IMG/VR virus record: IMGVR_UViG_3300037153_000232 | Coordinates: 1-56,922 of that record | Strand: one strand, 5' to 3' | Origin: a virus | Taxonomy: Duplodnaviria; Caudoviricetes | Length of the DNA: 56,922 bases | Part shown: one piece after another, positions 46,433 through 55,576 of the stretch | Numbering within the stretch: the first letter of the stretch is position 1 | How the letters are laid out: the number at the start of each line of letters is the position of its first letter | Made by a program: the position numbers and the translations under genes | Notes under the pieces: model-generated | The model's database searches: none | Told to the model about the DNA's origin: nothing | The model's input: the letters and a program-made list of their open reading frames with translations, nothing else

Positions 46433-47791
46433 GTGAGCGCCTGGTCCTCGCGCCTGGTCCACAACCCGCTCTGGCAGCCGTTCATCTGGACAGTGGTGGG
46501 CGGCGGCATCGGCGTGATGGTGGGCTTGCTCAGCGTGGCCAGCCAGTCGAGCAAGTCCATAGCGGTGGTGCCGACCGTGGCTGCGGTGGTCGAAGAGCTA
46601 CCGACCGAGCCGCCGACCGCGTCACCGCAGCCGCAGGTGGTGGTCGTGGTCGTGTCGCCAGGCCTGCCAGCCACGCTGCTGCCAGCCACGCCTCCAGCGA
46701 CGCTGGGGCCGCTTCCGACCGAGCAGCCGACCGATACGCCGACCGAGGAGCCGACGCCGCCCAGCACGCCTACCGAAGGCCCTACGGACGTCGTGCTGGA
46801 AGCGAGCGCGGCCAGGCCGAGCATAGCCTTCCGACCGAAGGTGGTGCTGACGCCGAGGCGGTTGCCGACAGCGACGCCTACGCCCACGCCAACGCTCGCA
46901 GCGGGTGGCTCCGAGGACAACGCTGGCGGGACCAGCGACGCCGACGGGACTGGCTCTGGGGGCGAAGAGCAGACGCAAGCGCCGCCGCCCGCCAGTGTAG
47001 TGCCCCCGACGCCTGTGCCCGGGCGAGCTACAGTCGAGACGACGCCGAGCCAGACTGTGACCAGCGCTCCGACCGCGACGTCGCCGCGTGACAGCCAGGC
47101 TGTCGCAGCGTCGAGCACACCGATGCCGACAACGCCGCCGACGACGGTGCCCAACCCCATGCAGCAGCCGACCAGCAAGCCAGGTGGCGGCGGTCAGTCG
47201 AGCGGCAGCAACATCAGCAGCATCGCGCCGCCGCCGACGCAGAGCATGATCGCCACGGCGACGCCTGGCGTTACGAGCACTTCAACTGCCACGCAGAGCA
47301 CACCATCAACACCATCCTCCAGTGCCACCGTGACGGCCGTGCCCACCACCGCAACGCCCGTGCCGCCGAGCGCGACCGCCACGGCGCTCGTGCCAACGTT
47401 ACCGACCGCGACGCCGACGTTACGTCCGAGTACGCCAACTGTGACACCAGCACCAGCAGCCACGCCCACCAGCCTGCCGAGCGCGACCACAACGCCGCCG
47501 CCGACCAGCACGCCCGCGCCCAGGCCAACGTCCACAACGTTCCCGACGCCGACGCCCAGGCCAACGTTCACTCCGTTCCCGACTATCACGCCACGGCCAA
47601 CCGAGACGCCTCGCCCGACCTTCACGTCGATACCGACCTTCACACCGCGCCCAACGATCACTCCCCGTCCGACTTTCACGCCGAGGCCGACGAACACTCC
47701 ACGGCCAGCGTGCCCGCCTGGCCTGGTCGAGGTGAACGGCGAGTGCCTGACGCGACCCGAGGCGACGCGCACCGCGCAAGCAGGAGCATGA
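46433..47791 (+). CDS. Membrane-anchored mucin-like Pro/Thr-rich protein
   Basis: TM helix then low-complexity PT region with PTxTPR hexapeptide repeats and a C-terminal Cys pair. Confidence 0.75.
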   Translation: MSAWSSRLVHNPLWQPFIWTVVGGGIGVMVGLLSVASQSSKSIAVVPTVAAVVEELPTEPPTASPQPQVVVVVVSPGLPATLLPATPPATLGPLPTEQPTDTPTEEPTPPSTPTEGPTDVVLEASAARPSIAFRPKVVLTPRRLPTATPTPTPTLAAGGSEDNAGGTSDADGTGSGGEEQTQAPPPASVVPPTPVPGRATVETTPSQTVTSAPTATSPRDSQAVAASSTPMPTTPPTTVPNPMQQPTSKPGGGGQSSGSNISSIAPPPTQSMIATATPGVTSTSTATQSTPSTPSSSATVTAVPTTATPVPPSATATALVPTLPTATPTLRPSTPTVTPAPAATPTSLPSATTTPPPTSTPAPRPTSTTFPTPTPRPTFTPFPTITPRPTETPRPTFTSIPTFTPRPTITPRPTFTPRPTNTPRPACPPGLVEVNGECLTRPEATRTAQAGA

Positions 47792-48057
47792 GCGTGGGCG
47801 ACCCCGTTGTTCTCATCGCAGCCATCATCGGCGCGTTGGCTGGCGCGGTCAGCTTCCTGTTCCGCCAACTGGTACTGACCAAGAACCGCAACATCAACCA
47901 ACTCACCGACGAGCGCGACTTCTACCGCGCCATCGTCCACCAGTTCTCGAAGCTGCCCGATGGAGCCTCGATCCCCGACTACGACCTGTGGTTCCAGCAG
48001 CAGCACCCCATGCCGCGAGGCCGCGAGCCGCTGTTGATCGAGAAGCCGCAGGAGTAA
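47788..48057 (+). CDS. Small membrane protein, possible holin
   Basis: N-terminal TM helix then a charged helix. Confidence 0.45.
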   Translation: MSVGDPVVLIAAIIGALAGAVSFLFRQLVLTKNRNINQLTDERDFYRAIVHQFSKLPDGASIPDYDLWFQQQHPMPRGREPLLIEKPQE

Positions 48058-48266
48058 ACTCGGTGGCGACCTGGCCAGCGTCCAACCCCTGGCGAATCGC
48101 CTCCTGCATCGTCAGTGCGACCGCGCAGCTTCACACACTGCATACGTGAGCTAAGCCTGCGGGGGCTTCAGAGCGCGGCGCTGGCCAGGATTACCCCGGG
48201 TGGTGGCTTGCGGGGGCGGATAGTTCTGCTACGCTATCGGCCCGTGAGAGGCCTACACTGGCGTTC

Positions 48267-48539
48267 ATGACGAACGTCGTGATGGTCAATCGGCGGGGCA
48301 TTCAGATGCGGTCGGCCAACGGCCGCTTCGCGCCCAAGATCGTGCCGCCTGCTGTCGCCAGCAGCATCGGGCCTGGCTCACAGCCCAGAGGTACGAACAA
48401 GATCGTGCGGCGCACACAGGGTCCGAACACCGTCGTGCCCGTCGATCCTGTCGAGCGCCGCGTCGGTCAGGGCATCTACAGCGCACAGACGCCGACTGGC
48501 GACGGCAACCGAGGCGCGAGCTATCGAGTGGTCAAGTAA
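48267..48539 (+). CDS. Small basic hypothetical protein
   Basis: TACACT box 7 nt before ATG; RSANGRFA motif. Confidence 0.55.
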   Translation: MTNVVMVNRRGIQMRSANGRFAPKIVPPAVASSIGPGSQPRGTNKIVRRTQGPNTVVPVDPVERRVGQGIYSAQTPTGDGNRGASYRVVK

Positions 48540-48549
48540 GGAGGTCGAG

Positions 48550-48756
48550 ATGGCCGAAGGACGCACGGGCAGCAGCGGCTACGTGGTGAAGACGGGCGGC
48601 GGCGGCAACCCGTACCTGAAGACCAACAGCGGGCTGGTCGAGAAGAACCCTGGCGGCAACGCCAACAGCCAGATCCCGAGCTACTCCTCGCCATCGCTGA
48701 GGTACGGCCCGACCAAGGACAACCTCGTCGGCGGCATCGTCAAGCCCGCAGGCTGA
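48550..48756 (+). CDS. Small Gly-rich hypothetical protein
   Basis: AAGGAGG SD. Confidence 0.6.
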   Translation: MAEGRTGSSGYVVKTGGGGNPYLKTNSGLVEKNPGGNANSQIPSYSSPSLRYGPTKDNLVGGIVKPAG

Positions 48757-48758
48757 AT

Positions 48759-50459
48759 GTGACGCTGAGGATCAGCCGCGACCGCGTCTCTGGCCGCTCA
48801 TGGGGCGACGTCAACAACACCGCGCTGCGGCAGCGGTTGACCAAAGCGCTGGACGACGAGGAGAGCGGCGCGAGCCAGGCGGTACGCGAGGTCTATGCCG
48901 TCATCAAGGGCGACGGGCCGCTCGACCAGAACCCGTCAGGCCGCTGGTGGGGGCCACATCACGAGGTCACCTCCGATGGCGAGGTGGTGCTCAACCGCGC
49001 TGGCCTGGGCGCGGCAGCGGCAGCACTGGCGGGTGGGCGGGCCGAGCCTGACCTGAGCACCGAGGAGCGTGCCCGGGCGCAGCGCCACCTGGCGGCGCAC
49101 TACAACACCAACGACATTCCGCTGCCAGAAGGATTCTCGGGCAGCGCAGGCGAGATGCACATCCTGGCGGGCAGCGTGGGCGAGATGTCGCCCGACGAGA
49201 TCCCGTTGAGCACGGCGTTCTCCGAGTCCAATCGCCAGGCGCTGCTGAAGGGCGACGACGACCCGATGGAGGTCGTGATCGAGGTATCGCCAGGCAAGAG
49301 CAGCCGTGGTTGGCACTACACGCCGCAGGCGCTCCAGAAGATGGTCGCGCACGTCAACGCCAAGACGCTGGCGGGCATCAAGGGCCATCAGCGCGACGAG
49401 GACGTCTCGAACCAGTTCGTGGACCCCGCGACACACTGGATCGGTGCCGTCTGGAAGGACGACAAAGCCTACTTTCGGGGCCTGATCGACAAGAGCGCGC
49501 CAGATCTGAAGCGCTGGATTCGGGCCAAACGCATCACGCAGCCATCCATCTTCACCCGCCCCGTGCTGAGCCGCGTGAACGGCGAGACGCACGTGGTCGA
49601 TCTCGAACCGCTGGGCATCGACTGGGCACCGCTCGACCGTGCAGGGATGCCGAGCGCACGCGTGGTCTGGGGCGAGATGGACGTTATCGGCGGCGAACCG
49701 TTCGAGCGGCGTGAGCCGCCTGCGGGCGGCAGCGACCACATACATGACGGGAGGACCACCGTGCCTACAGTACGAGAGTCGATTGACGCGCTGCGTGAGC
49801 AAGGCGCAACCGCCAGCCAGGTGATGCAGGGCATGAACTGGCGAGCGTCCGACGTGATGCCCGGGCTGATTGCCAGCGACCGTCGCGGCGTGGCCGAAGC
49901 GCTCGACCAGGCGACGCTCCAGCACGTGGCCGCAGGCGAGATGGCCAAGGCGCACCGCCCGCAGGATCTGCTGGCAGGCATGGGCCTGGCGCTGGACGCG
50001 GTCGGGCCGCTGGTAGACGACACCGCCTGGAAGCGCTACGTCGCGGCGGACAAAGCCGTGGGCGAGATGCGCAGCGCGCTGGGCTTGCCCGAGACGGCCG
50101 ACGCCGAGCAGGTCAGGACCAGGGTCACCGAGCTTCAGACGGCCGTGGCCACCAGTGCCACGCAGTCGCTGCGCACCAGCGTCGAGAGCATCGTCGCACG
50201 CGGCGAGATGGCCGTGCCCACAGCCGCCAGGCCGCTGGTCACCAACGCGGCGATGGGCGAGCTTGCACCAGGCGCGGACGAGGCGACCATCAAAGCCGCC
50301 ATCGCCAAGGTCAAGGGCCGAGACGACATCAAGCCGATCCTCGACGCTGGCCTGGGCACGCAGGTGATCCGCACCACGTCGGCGGGCGAGATGCACACCG
50401 CCAACGGCGGCACCAACGGCCACGAGGTCGGCTTGCCCGTGCGCCGCCGACAGATCTGA
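48759..50459 (+). CDS. Prohead protease-scaffold fusion
   Basis: Upstream of the capsid genes; GKSSRGWHY...GIKGH core; helical Ala-rich C-terminal half. Confidence 0.75.
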   Translation: MTLRISRDRVSGRSWGDVNNTALRQRLTKALDDEESGASQAVREVYAVIKGDGPLDQNPSGRWWGPHHEVTSDGEVVLNRAGLGAAAAALAGGRAEPDLSTEERARAQRHLAAHYNTNDIPLPEGFSGSAGEMHILAGSVGEMSPDEIPLSTAFSESNRQALLKGDDDPMEVVIEVSPGKSSRGWHYTPQALQKMVAHVNAKTLAGIKGHQRDEDVSNQFVDPATHWIGAVWKDDKAYFRGLIDKSAPDLKRWIRAKRITQPSIFTRPVLSRVNGETHVVDLEPLGIDWAPLDRAGMPSARVVWGEMDVIGGEPFERREPPAGGSDHIHDGRTTVPTVRESIDALREQGATASQVMQGMNWRASDVMPGLIASDRRGVAEALDQATLQHVAAGEMAKAHRPQDLLAGMGLALDAVGPLVDDTAWKRYVAADKAVGEMRSALGLPETADAEQVRTRVTELQTAVATSATQSLRTSVESIVARGEMAVPTAARPLVTNAAMGELAPGADEATIKAAIAKVKGRDDIKPILDAGLGTQVIRTTSAGEMHTANGGTNGHEVGLPVRRRQI

Positions 50460-50483
50460 GCCAGGGAAGGAGGATCTCAGCAC

Positions 50484-50861
50484 GTGAGCAACACCAATGG
50501 CCACAAGATGGCCGATGGCAACTCGGTTGACGTGGCCGTGCCCGATGGCACCGTGGTCGCGCAGGGCGAGTTCGTCAGCATCCAGGGCTTCTTCGGCCTG
50601 GCCGAGTTCGATGACAAGCCCGTCGCCACGGGCGTGGCCACCATCGCCATCAACATCGAGCGTGCCCAGTACGACACCGACCAGATCGTGACGACCGACG
50701 CCTTCGCCGTGGGCGACCTCGTCAACTTCAACCAGACCACCAAACTGTTCACCAAGACGGCGGTGGGAGCGCCCGTCATCGGCCCCGTGGCGCGAGTGAC
50801 TATCGCCAAGAACGCGGACAACGTGATCGGCATCCTGTTGCTCGACCAGCGGCTCGTCTGA
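50484..50861 (+). CDS. Capsid decoration/cement protein (DUF2190-like)
   Basis: Size, position and GEFV..GFFGLA / FAVGDLV pattern. Confidence 0.7.
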   Translation: MSNTNGHKMADGNSVDVAVPDGTVVAQGEFVSIQGFFGLAEFDDKPVATGVATIAINIERAQYDTDQIVTTDAFAVGDLVNFNQTTKLFTKTAVGAPVIGPVARVTIAKNADNVIGILLLDQRLV

Positions 50862-50875
50862 GGGAGGAGTAATAG

Positions 50876-51964
50876 ATGCGCATCATCGACGCCCCAACGC
50901 TCCGCGCAGAGCGCCGCCAGGGCGAGCACAGCTACATCGCCCGCGCCACGATCTTCGACCAGCCATACGAGGTGCCGATTCGACTCGCCCACGGCGAGAT
51001 GGACACCTACGAGCTTGACCGCCCCGTGCGGGACTACCTGGCACTCCTCAACAGCCGCCCGATGGCCGCAGGCGAGATCATCACCACGCCGTCGAACCTG
51101 GCGCAGTTCGTCACCAAGACGGTGGTGGACCTCAACCTGGGCCGCGAGCAGGTGCCGCTGCTGTACCCCGCCGTTTACACGCGCACCATCACCGACGCCA
51201 ACCTGACCGAGAACGTGGACGTCGGCGCAATCATGGCCCGCGCCAGCGTGGTCTTCCTGCAACACATGGAAGGCGGCGAGGTGCGCTTCGGCACGCGCAC
51301 GCTGACGCCGCGCCAGACCGTGCCGCTGGCCACCTACGCGGCAGGCTTCGAGTACACCGAGGACGTCGTTGAGTACGACAAGACCTGGGAGATCGCGCAA
51401 CTCAACGAGGCGATTGGCAGGGCGTACAACGCGCTGCTGAACCACATCCACCTGTACCCGATCACCAGCTACACCTACGCGGCCAAGAACCAGACGCCCG
51501 CCGACACAACGGGTGGCACGTTCCGCGAGAAGATGCGCAACACGCTGAAGGCGGCGCTCATCCACGCTGGCAGCGACACGCAGACCGACACTGGCCTGGG
51601 CCGCTCACCGAACGTGTTGCTGGCGCACTCCAGCCGTCGCTGGGACATCGAGGAGGCGCTCCAGCGCTTCGTCATCAGCGGCACCGAGTACCCCGCGCTG
51701 GCGGGCATCGACACGCTGGTCTTCTACGACGGCTACTCGATCACCGTCGGGGCGCGCAAGTACACCTACCCCGGGGTGGCCACCAACAAGGCCTACCTGA
51801 TCGACACGAGCACGTACCTGATCGAGCTTGTCAAGCACGACCTGCGCACCGACGCGGGGCCTGGCGACCTGAGCCGCCTGATCCAGCAGCAGATCGTCGC
51901 CCGCGCTCGACGCGGCGTGTTCGTCTCACCACCCAACTGCGTCGAGGAGGTCACCCTGCCGTGA
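50876..51964 (+). CDS. Major capsid protein
   Basis: 362 aa, strong SD, position; EGGEVRFG and YAAGFEYTED. Confidence 0.85.
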   Translation: MRIIDAPTLRAERRQGEHSYIARATIFDQPYEVPIRLAHGEMDTYELDRPVRDYLALLNSRPMAAGEIITTPSNLAQFVTKTVVDLNLGREQVPLLYPAVYTRTITDANLTENVDVGAIMARASVVFLQHMEGGEVRFGTRTLTPRQTVPLATYAAGFEYTEDVVEYDKTWEIAQLNEAIGRAYNALLNHIHLYPITSYTYAAKNQTPADTTGGTFREKMRNTLKAALIHAGSDTQTDTGLGRSPNVLLAHSSRRWDIEEALQRFVISGTEYPALAGIDTLVFYDGYSITVGARKYTYPGVATNKAYLIDTSTYLIELVKHDLRTDAGPGDLSRLIQQQIVARARRGVFVSPPNCVEEVTLP

Positions 51965-52515
51965 CCGAGCAACCAGCCGACACGAGCACCACCGACACGA
52001 GCAGCGCGCCGAAGGTGCGCACCAGCGTCGTGGCCAGCAGCCCGAGCGACCCGTCGAGCAGCCCCGTGCTGCAACCCGCCGAGCTTCCGCACACGCCGAC
52101 GCTGCCGCTGGGCAGCCTCAGCAACTTCGCGGAGGCCGTCACCAACATCCCGCCTGGCGCGCCGATGCGACTGGCTGCGGACCCGACCGTGGCGCAGGCG
52201 CAGCCCGCACCGCCGCCCTTCGAGTCCTTGGCAGCGCCCACGCTGGAGATCGCCGCACCAGCGCCGCTGCCACGCCCGGGCGACGAGAAGCTGATCCGAG
52301 GCACGGCCGAGGGCGCGGCGCAGCAGGAGGAACTGACGGGCGAGGCACCCGCCATGCCGCTCGATCCCAACTCGGCCGAGGCAGCCCAGGCGCAACGCGA
52401 CGCGGTGCAACAGCAGATGGACCAGCAGCGCGAGGCGCAGGAGGCCATCCAGCAGCGCCAGCAGGCCTCGCAGGAGCGTCTCCAGGCCGCGCAGCAGGAG
52501 CAACAGCCCGCCTGA
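51961..52515 (+). CDS. Pro/Gln-rich hypothetical protein
   Basis: Coupled to the capsid gene. Confidence 0.6.
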   Translation: MTEQPADTSTTDTSSAPKVRTSVVASSPSDPSSSPVLQPAELPHTPTLPLGSLSNFAEAVTNIPPGAPMRLAADPTVAQAQPAPPPFESLAAPTLEIAAPAPLPRPGDEKLIRGTAEGAAQQEELTGEAPAMPLDPNSAEAAQAQRDAVQQQMDQQREAQEAIQQRQQASQERLQAAQQEQQPA

Positions 52516-52518
52516 GCC

Positions 52519-53067
52519 ATGACGCCCACCGACGACCTGCGCCTCACGCTGCGGATGAATCTGGACGAGGTCATCCCGCCTGGCGGGACCGACGCCGACA
52601 CCATGTTCTCCAACGCCGAGATCGACAACCTGCTGATGCAGAGCCAGACCATCGAGGAAGCCTCGTGGCGCGGCTGGGTCATCAAAGGCATCCGACTGGC
52701 CACGGCCAGTTCGGGTGGACTCGTGCAGGCGCAGATGGGCGCGGAGCAGTTCAAGTGGGCCGACCCGTCGGACCTGTTCAAGTTCTGCCAGGACATGGCC
52801 AAGTTCTGGTACGACCAGATCCCAGCGGGCATGGCTCCCGACGTCGGCGGCAACTACCCGCGCATCCTCACCATCTACCCCGTGCCCGTGCCAGGCGTGA
52901 ATGCGCCGAGCGACGTGCCGAGCGATATCGGCTACACCACCAACCCGTGGGCGGGTACGCCTGACGCACCCTGGTGGCCTGGCGACATGAGCCGCCTGCT
53001 GGCCTACATCAAGGCGGGTTGGCAGTGGCCGAGCGCCGAGACATACGTGGCGACGGTGCCCGAGTGA
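52519..53067 (+). CDS. Putative head-tail adaptor
   Basis: LRMNLDE...FSNAEIDNLL pattern; position. Confidence 0.65.
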   Translation: MTPTDDLRLTLRMNLDEVIPPGGTDADTMFSNAEIDNLLMQSQTIEEASWRGWVIKGIRLATASSGGLVQAQMGAEQFKWADPSDLFKFCQDMAKFWYDQIPAGMAPDVGGNYPRILTIYPVPVPGVNAPSDVPSDIGYTTNPWAGTPDAPWWPGDMSRLLAYIKAGWQWPSAETYVATVPE

Positions 53068-53537
53068 CGGCCAACGCGGGCAAGCAGGCGATGGCGCGCA
53101 GCGTGCCGTGGACGTCTGGCCCAGCAGGCCAGGTGAAGGCGGCGCGAGAGGCGACCATCGACTTCTACGGCACGCAGATCACCTTCGAGGCAGCCGTGCG
53201 CCAGCCGCGTCAGCCAGGCGAGGGCTACCAGCGCAAGGCGACAGCCACGTTCGGCCCGTTTCAGGTGTACACCTACTGGTCGGGCGGCGGGCAGAGCAAC
53301 CTGCGCGGCCAGCAAAGCCCCGACGACAACCTGCGGCAGGACCGAGACGTCACCTGGGGCGCGAGCCTGAAGCAGGCGGACGGCGAGATCCTGTGGCCCA
53401 CGGGGCAGATCGACGCGATGAGCCAGTACGAGTACGCGCACCCCGTCTACGGACGGTTCCGCGTTGACCGCGTGCAGCAGATGAATATCCAGGGCACCAA
53501 CGTCGGCTGGCAGATCGGCTGCGTGCGGGTGAGCTAG
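53064..53537 (+). CDS. Putative head closure protein
   Basis: Position in neck module; beta-rich. Confidence 0.5.
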   Translation: MTANAGKQAMARSVPWTSGPAGQVKAAREATIDFYGTQITFEAAVRQPRQPGEGYQRKATATFGPFQVYTYWSGGGQSNLRGQQSPDDNLRQDRDVTWGASLKQADGEILWPTGQIDAMSQYEYAHPVYGRFRVDRVQQMNIQGTNVGWQIGCVRVS

Positions 53538-53893
53538 TGCCATACGTCAACCATCAGAACGTCCAGGGCAGCGTCTACAACAAGATCCGCAGGCACATCG
53601 GGGCCACGGTGCTCGCCATCGAGCCGCTGGCAGGCGAGGCCGAGGGCTACATGAAGACCAACGCGCCGTGGAACAACATCACGCGCAACGCCCGCAACAG
53701 CTTGACGGGCACGGTCAACGTGCAGAGCAGCCCGCAGAAGACGCGCATCTCGCTGACGCTGAGCCACGGCATGGACTACGGCGTGTGGCTCGAACTGAAG
53801 AACGCGGGCAAGTTCGCCATCGTCCGACCGACCGCCGTGCTGTACCGCCAGCGCGTGCGCGAGGCCTGGAAGCGCATCTGGAGCACGTGGTGA
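53537..53893 (+). CDS. Neck/tail completion protein (HK97 gp10-like)
   Basis: NAPW..ITRNARNSL and HGMDYGVWLE. Confidence 0.75.
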   Translation: MPYVNHQNVQGSVYNKIRRHIGATVLAIEPLAGEAEGYMKTNAPWNNITRNARNSLTGTVNVQSSPQKTRISLTLSHGMDYGVWLELKNAGKFAIVRPTAVLYRQRVREAWKRIWSTW

Positions 53894-54924
53894 GCGTCCG
53901 CGAGCAGGTGCGCCTGAAGCTGATCGGTGACGGCACCGACCCGTGGGCCGACAACGTGCTCGAACTGGAAGGTGCGCGGACGTCCGAGCAACTGCCGAGT
54001 CCTATCGAGACGGGCCAGGCCACGGGCGTGCCGTTTGTGATCGTGCGACTCGGGCCGCAGACGCCTGGCCAGACCTGGGGCAACCTGGGCGACAGCATCG
54101 ACGTCTGGCCTTACGCGGGCGACGAGACGTGGCAGGAACTGGACGCGCTGTGCGGCCTGGTGCTGCTGCGCCTGGACAACGCCATCGTCACCGATACCGA
54201 CGGGACGAGCTACCAACTCAACTACGGCGGTGTCTCGACGCAGGACACGCCCGTGGCCGAGTGGGACGCTTACACGCGGCCACTGCGCTTCGACAGCGTC
54301 AAGCTGTCGTGGATGGAGCCGACGCACCCGCTGGCGGACGCCTTCGAGGAGTGGACGGCCAAGATCTTCCCGCTGGCGCAGACCGACCCCGCCAACTGGG
54401 TTCCGAGCGACGCCAGCCCGGGCATCTACTGGCGCGTGACCGACATCCCGCGAGTGCAGTCGGCCGACGACCACTACAACATCTGGCTCGACCTGATGCG
54501 CTCCAGCCTGGTCGGGCACATCATCACGCCCAACCAGAAGACGGTCGTGCAGTACCTCGACCACCTGGCGGCAGTTCTGCCCCGAGCGTCGATCCACTAC
54601 GCCAACACGCACCTGGCGACCATCGAGGTGACCCGCGCCGATCCCGAGGCCGACCCGCACGTCGATGGCCAGATAAGCGTGGACGTGAGCTTCGGCGCGC
54701 TCAACGGTGACTACTGGGCGGGCGTGCCAGGCGACTCGAATCAGCCATGGGTGCCGCTCGATCCTGAGTTCCCGTGGATGAAGTATCCGACGCGCATACC
54801 ACTCAACTACGCCGAGATCCGCGACGGGGTACTTGTGGGCCAGTCGCCAACGCTGGAGCAGGGCGAATTGCGCGCCCGGGCGCACGGCAAGGCGACCACC
54901 TCTGGCGCACCGACGACTTCTTGA
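53890..54924 (+). CDS. Putative tail terminator protein
   Basis: PFVIVR motif; position before the sheath. Confidence 0.55.
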   Translation: MSVREQVRLKLIGDGTDPWADNVLELEGARTSEQLPSPIETGQATGVPFVIVRLGPQTPGQTWGNLGDSIDVWPYAGDETWQELDALCGLVLLRLDNAIVTDTDGTSYQLNYGGVSTQDTPVAEWDAYTRPLRFDSVKLSWMEPTHPLADAFEEWTAKIFPLAQTDPANWVPSDASPGIYWRVTDIPRVQSADDHYNIWLDLMRSSLVGHIITPNQKTVVQYLDHLAAVLPRASIHYANTHLATIEVTRADPEADPHVDGQISVDVSFGALNGDYWAGVPGDSNQPWVPLDPEFPWMKYPTRIPLNYAEIRDGVLVGQSPTLEQGELRARAHGKATTSGAPTTS

Positions 54925-54937
54925 CGGGAGGATCTGC

Positions 54938-55576
54938 ATGACCGAATCGCCACCCGAACCAGTACGGCATTCAACAGGACTCGACATCTGGGCGTGGAGT
55001 GCCAACAACCCGCCGCCAGGCGCGGGCCAGTTCGCGTCCGACAGTGGCAACTGGACCAGCGTCGTGACGCTGTCGATTGCGAATCAGGACTCGGCAGCCA
55101 ACGACGCCACCACCAAGCTGTCGGGTCTTCAGGTGGGCGACACCATCCGCGCCGAGTTCGATGACGACGCCAACAGCTTCCACGAGTGGACCACCACGGG
55201 CACGCCCGTCTCGGGAGCCTCGTGGTTCGACATCCCTGTCGCGGACGGCACGTCGGGCGGCAGTGCCGCGAGCGACGGCAAGTCGTGCAAGCTCACCTTC
55301 ACCAGCGTCGCGCCGCCTGACGGTGGTGGCGGGCTTGCTGGCGAGCCGATGTACGGGCCAGAAGACGTCGCCCGAGCGGTGCACACCTCTGGCAAACGAG
55401 CGCTGGCGTCGGCCTACTACACCGCCAACAACATCCAGTGGCTGAACAAGGACGACGCGATGGCGCTGGTCGCCGCCATCGACTCGGGGCAGCCGCTGCA
55501 AGGCGTCACGCCGACACGCCAGCAAGCTGAGCCAGCAGCAGCCCCATCCGAGCAGCCACAAGGAGGCAGTGCCTGA
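54938..55576 (+). CDS. Hypothetical virion protein
   Basis: GGGAGG SD; Gly/Ser/Thr-rich beta-type sequence. Confidence 0.55.
   Translation: MTESPPEPVRHSTGLDIWAWSANNPPPGAGQFASDSGNWTSVVTLSIANQDSAANDATTKLSGLQVGDTIRAEFDDDANSFHEWTTTGTPVSGASWFDIPVADGTSGGSAASDGKSCKLTFTSVAPPDGGGGLAGEPMYGPEDVARAVHTSGKRALASAYYTANNIQWLNKDDAMALVAAIDSGQPLQGVTPTRQQAEPAAAPSEQPQGGSA

Noticed and set aside
47500-47710. Tandem ~18-nt repeats as a CRISPR array or VNTR
   Set aside because: They are degenerate coding repeats (PTxTPR) without spacers, and no cas genes are present.
30448-55050. Long minus-strand and alternate-frame ORFs (e.g. 33959-35575, 41961-44045, 36899-39460, 48936-50504)
   Set aside because: They shadow well-supported plus-strand genes, as expected from high-GC codon bias, and carry no motifs.
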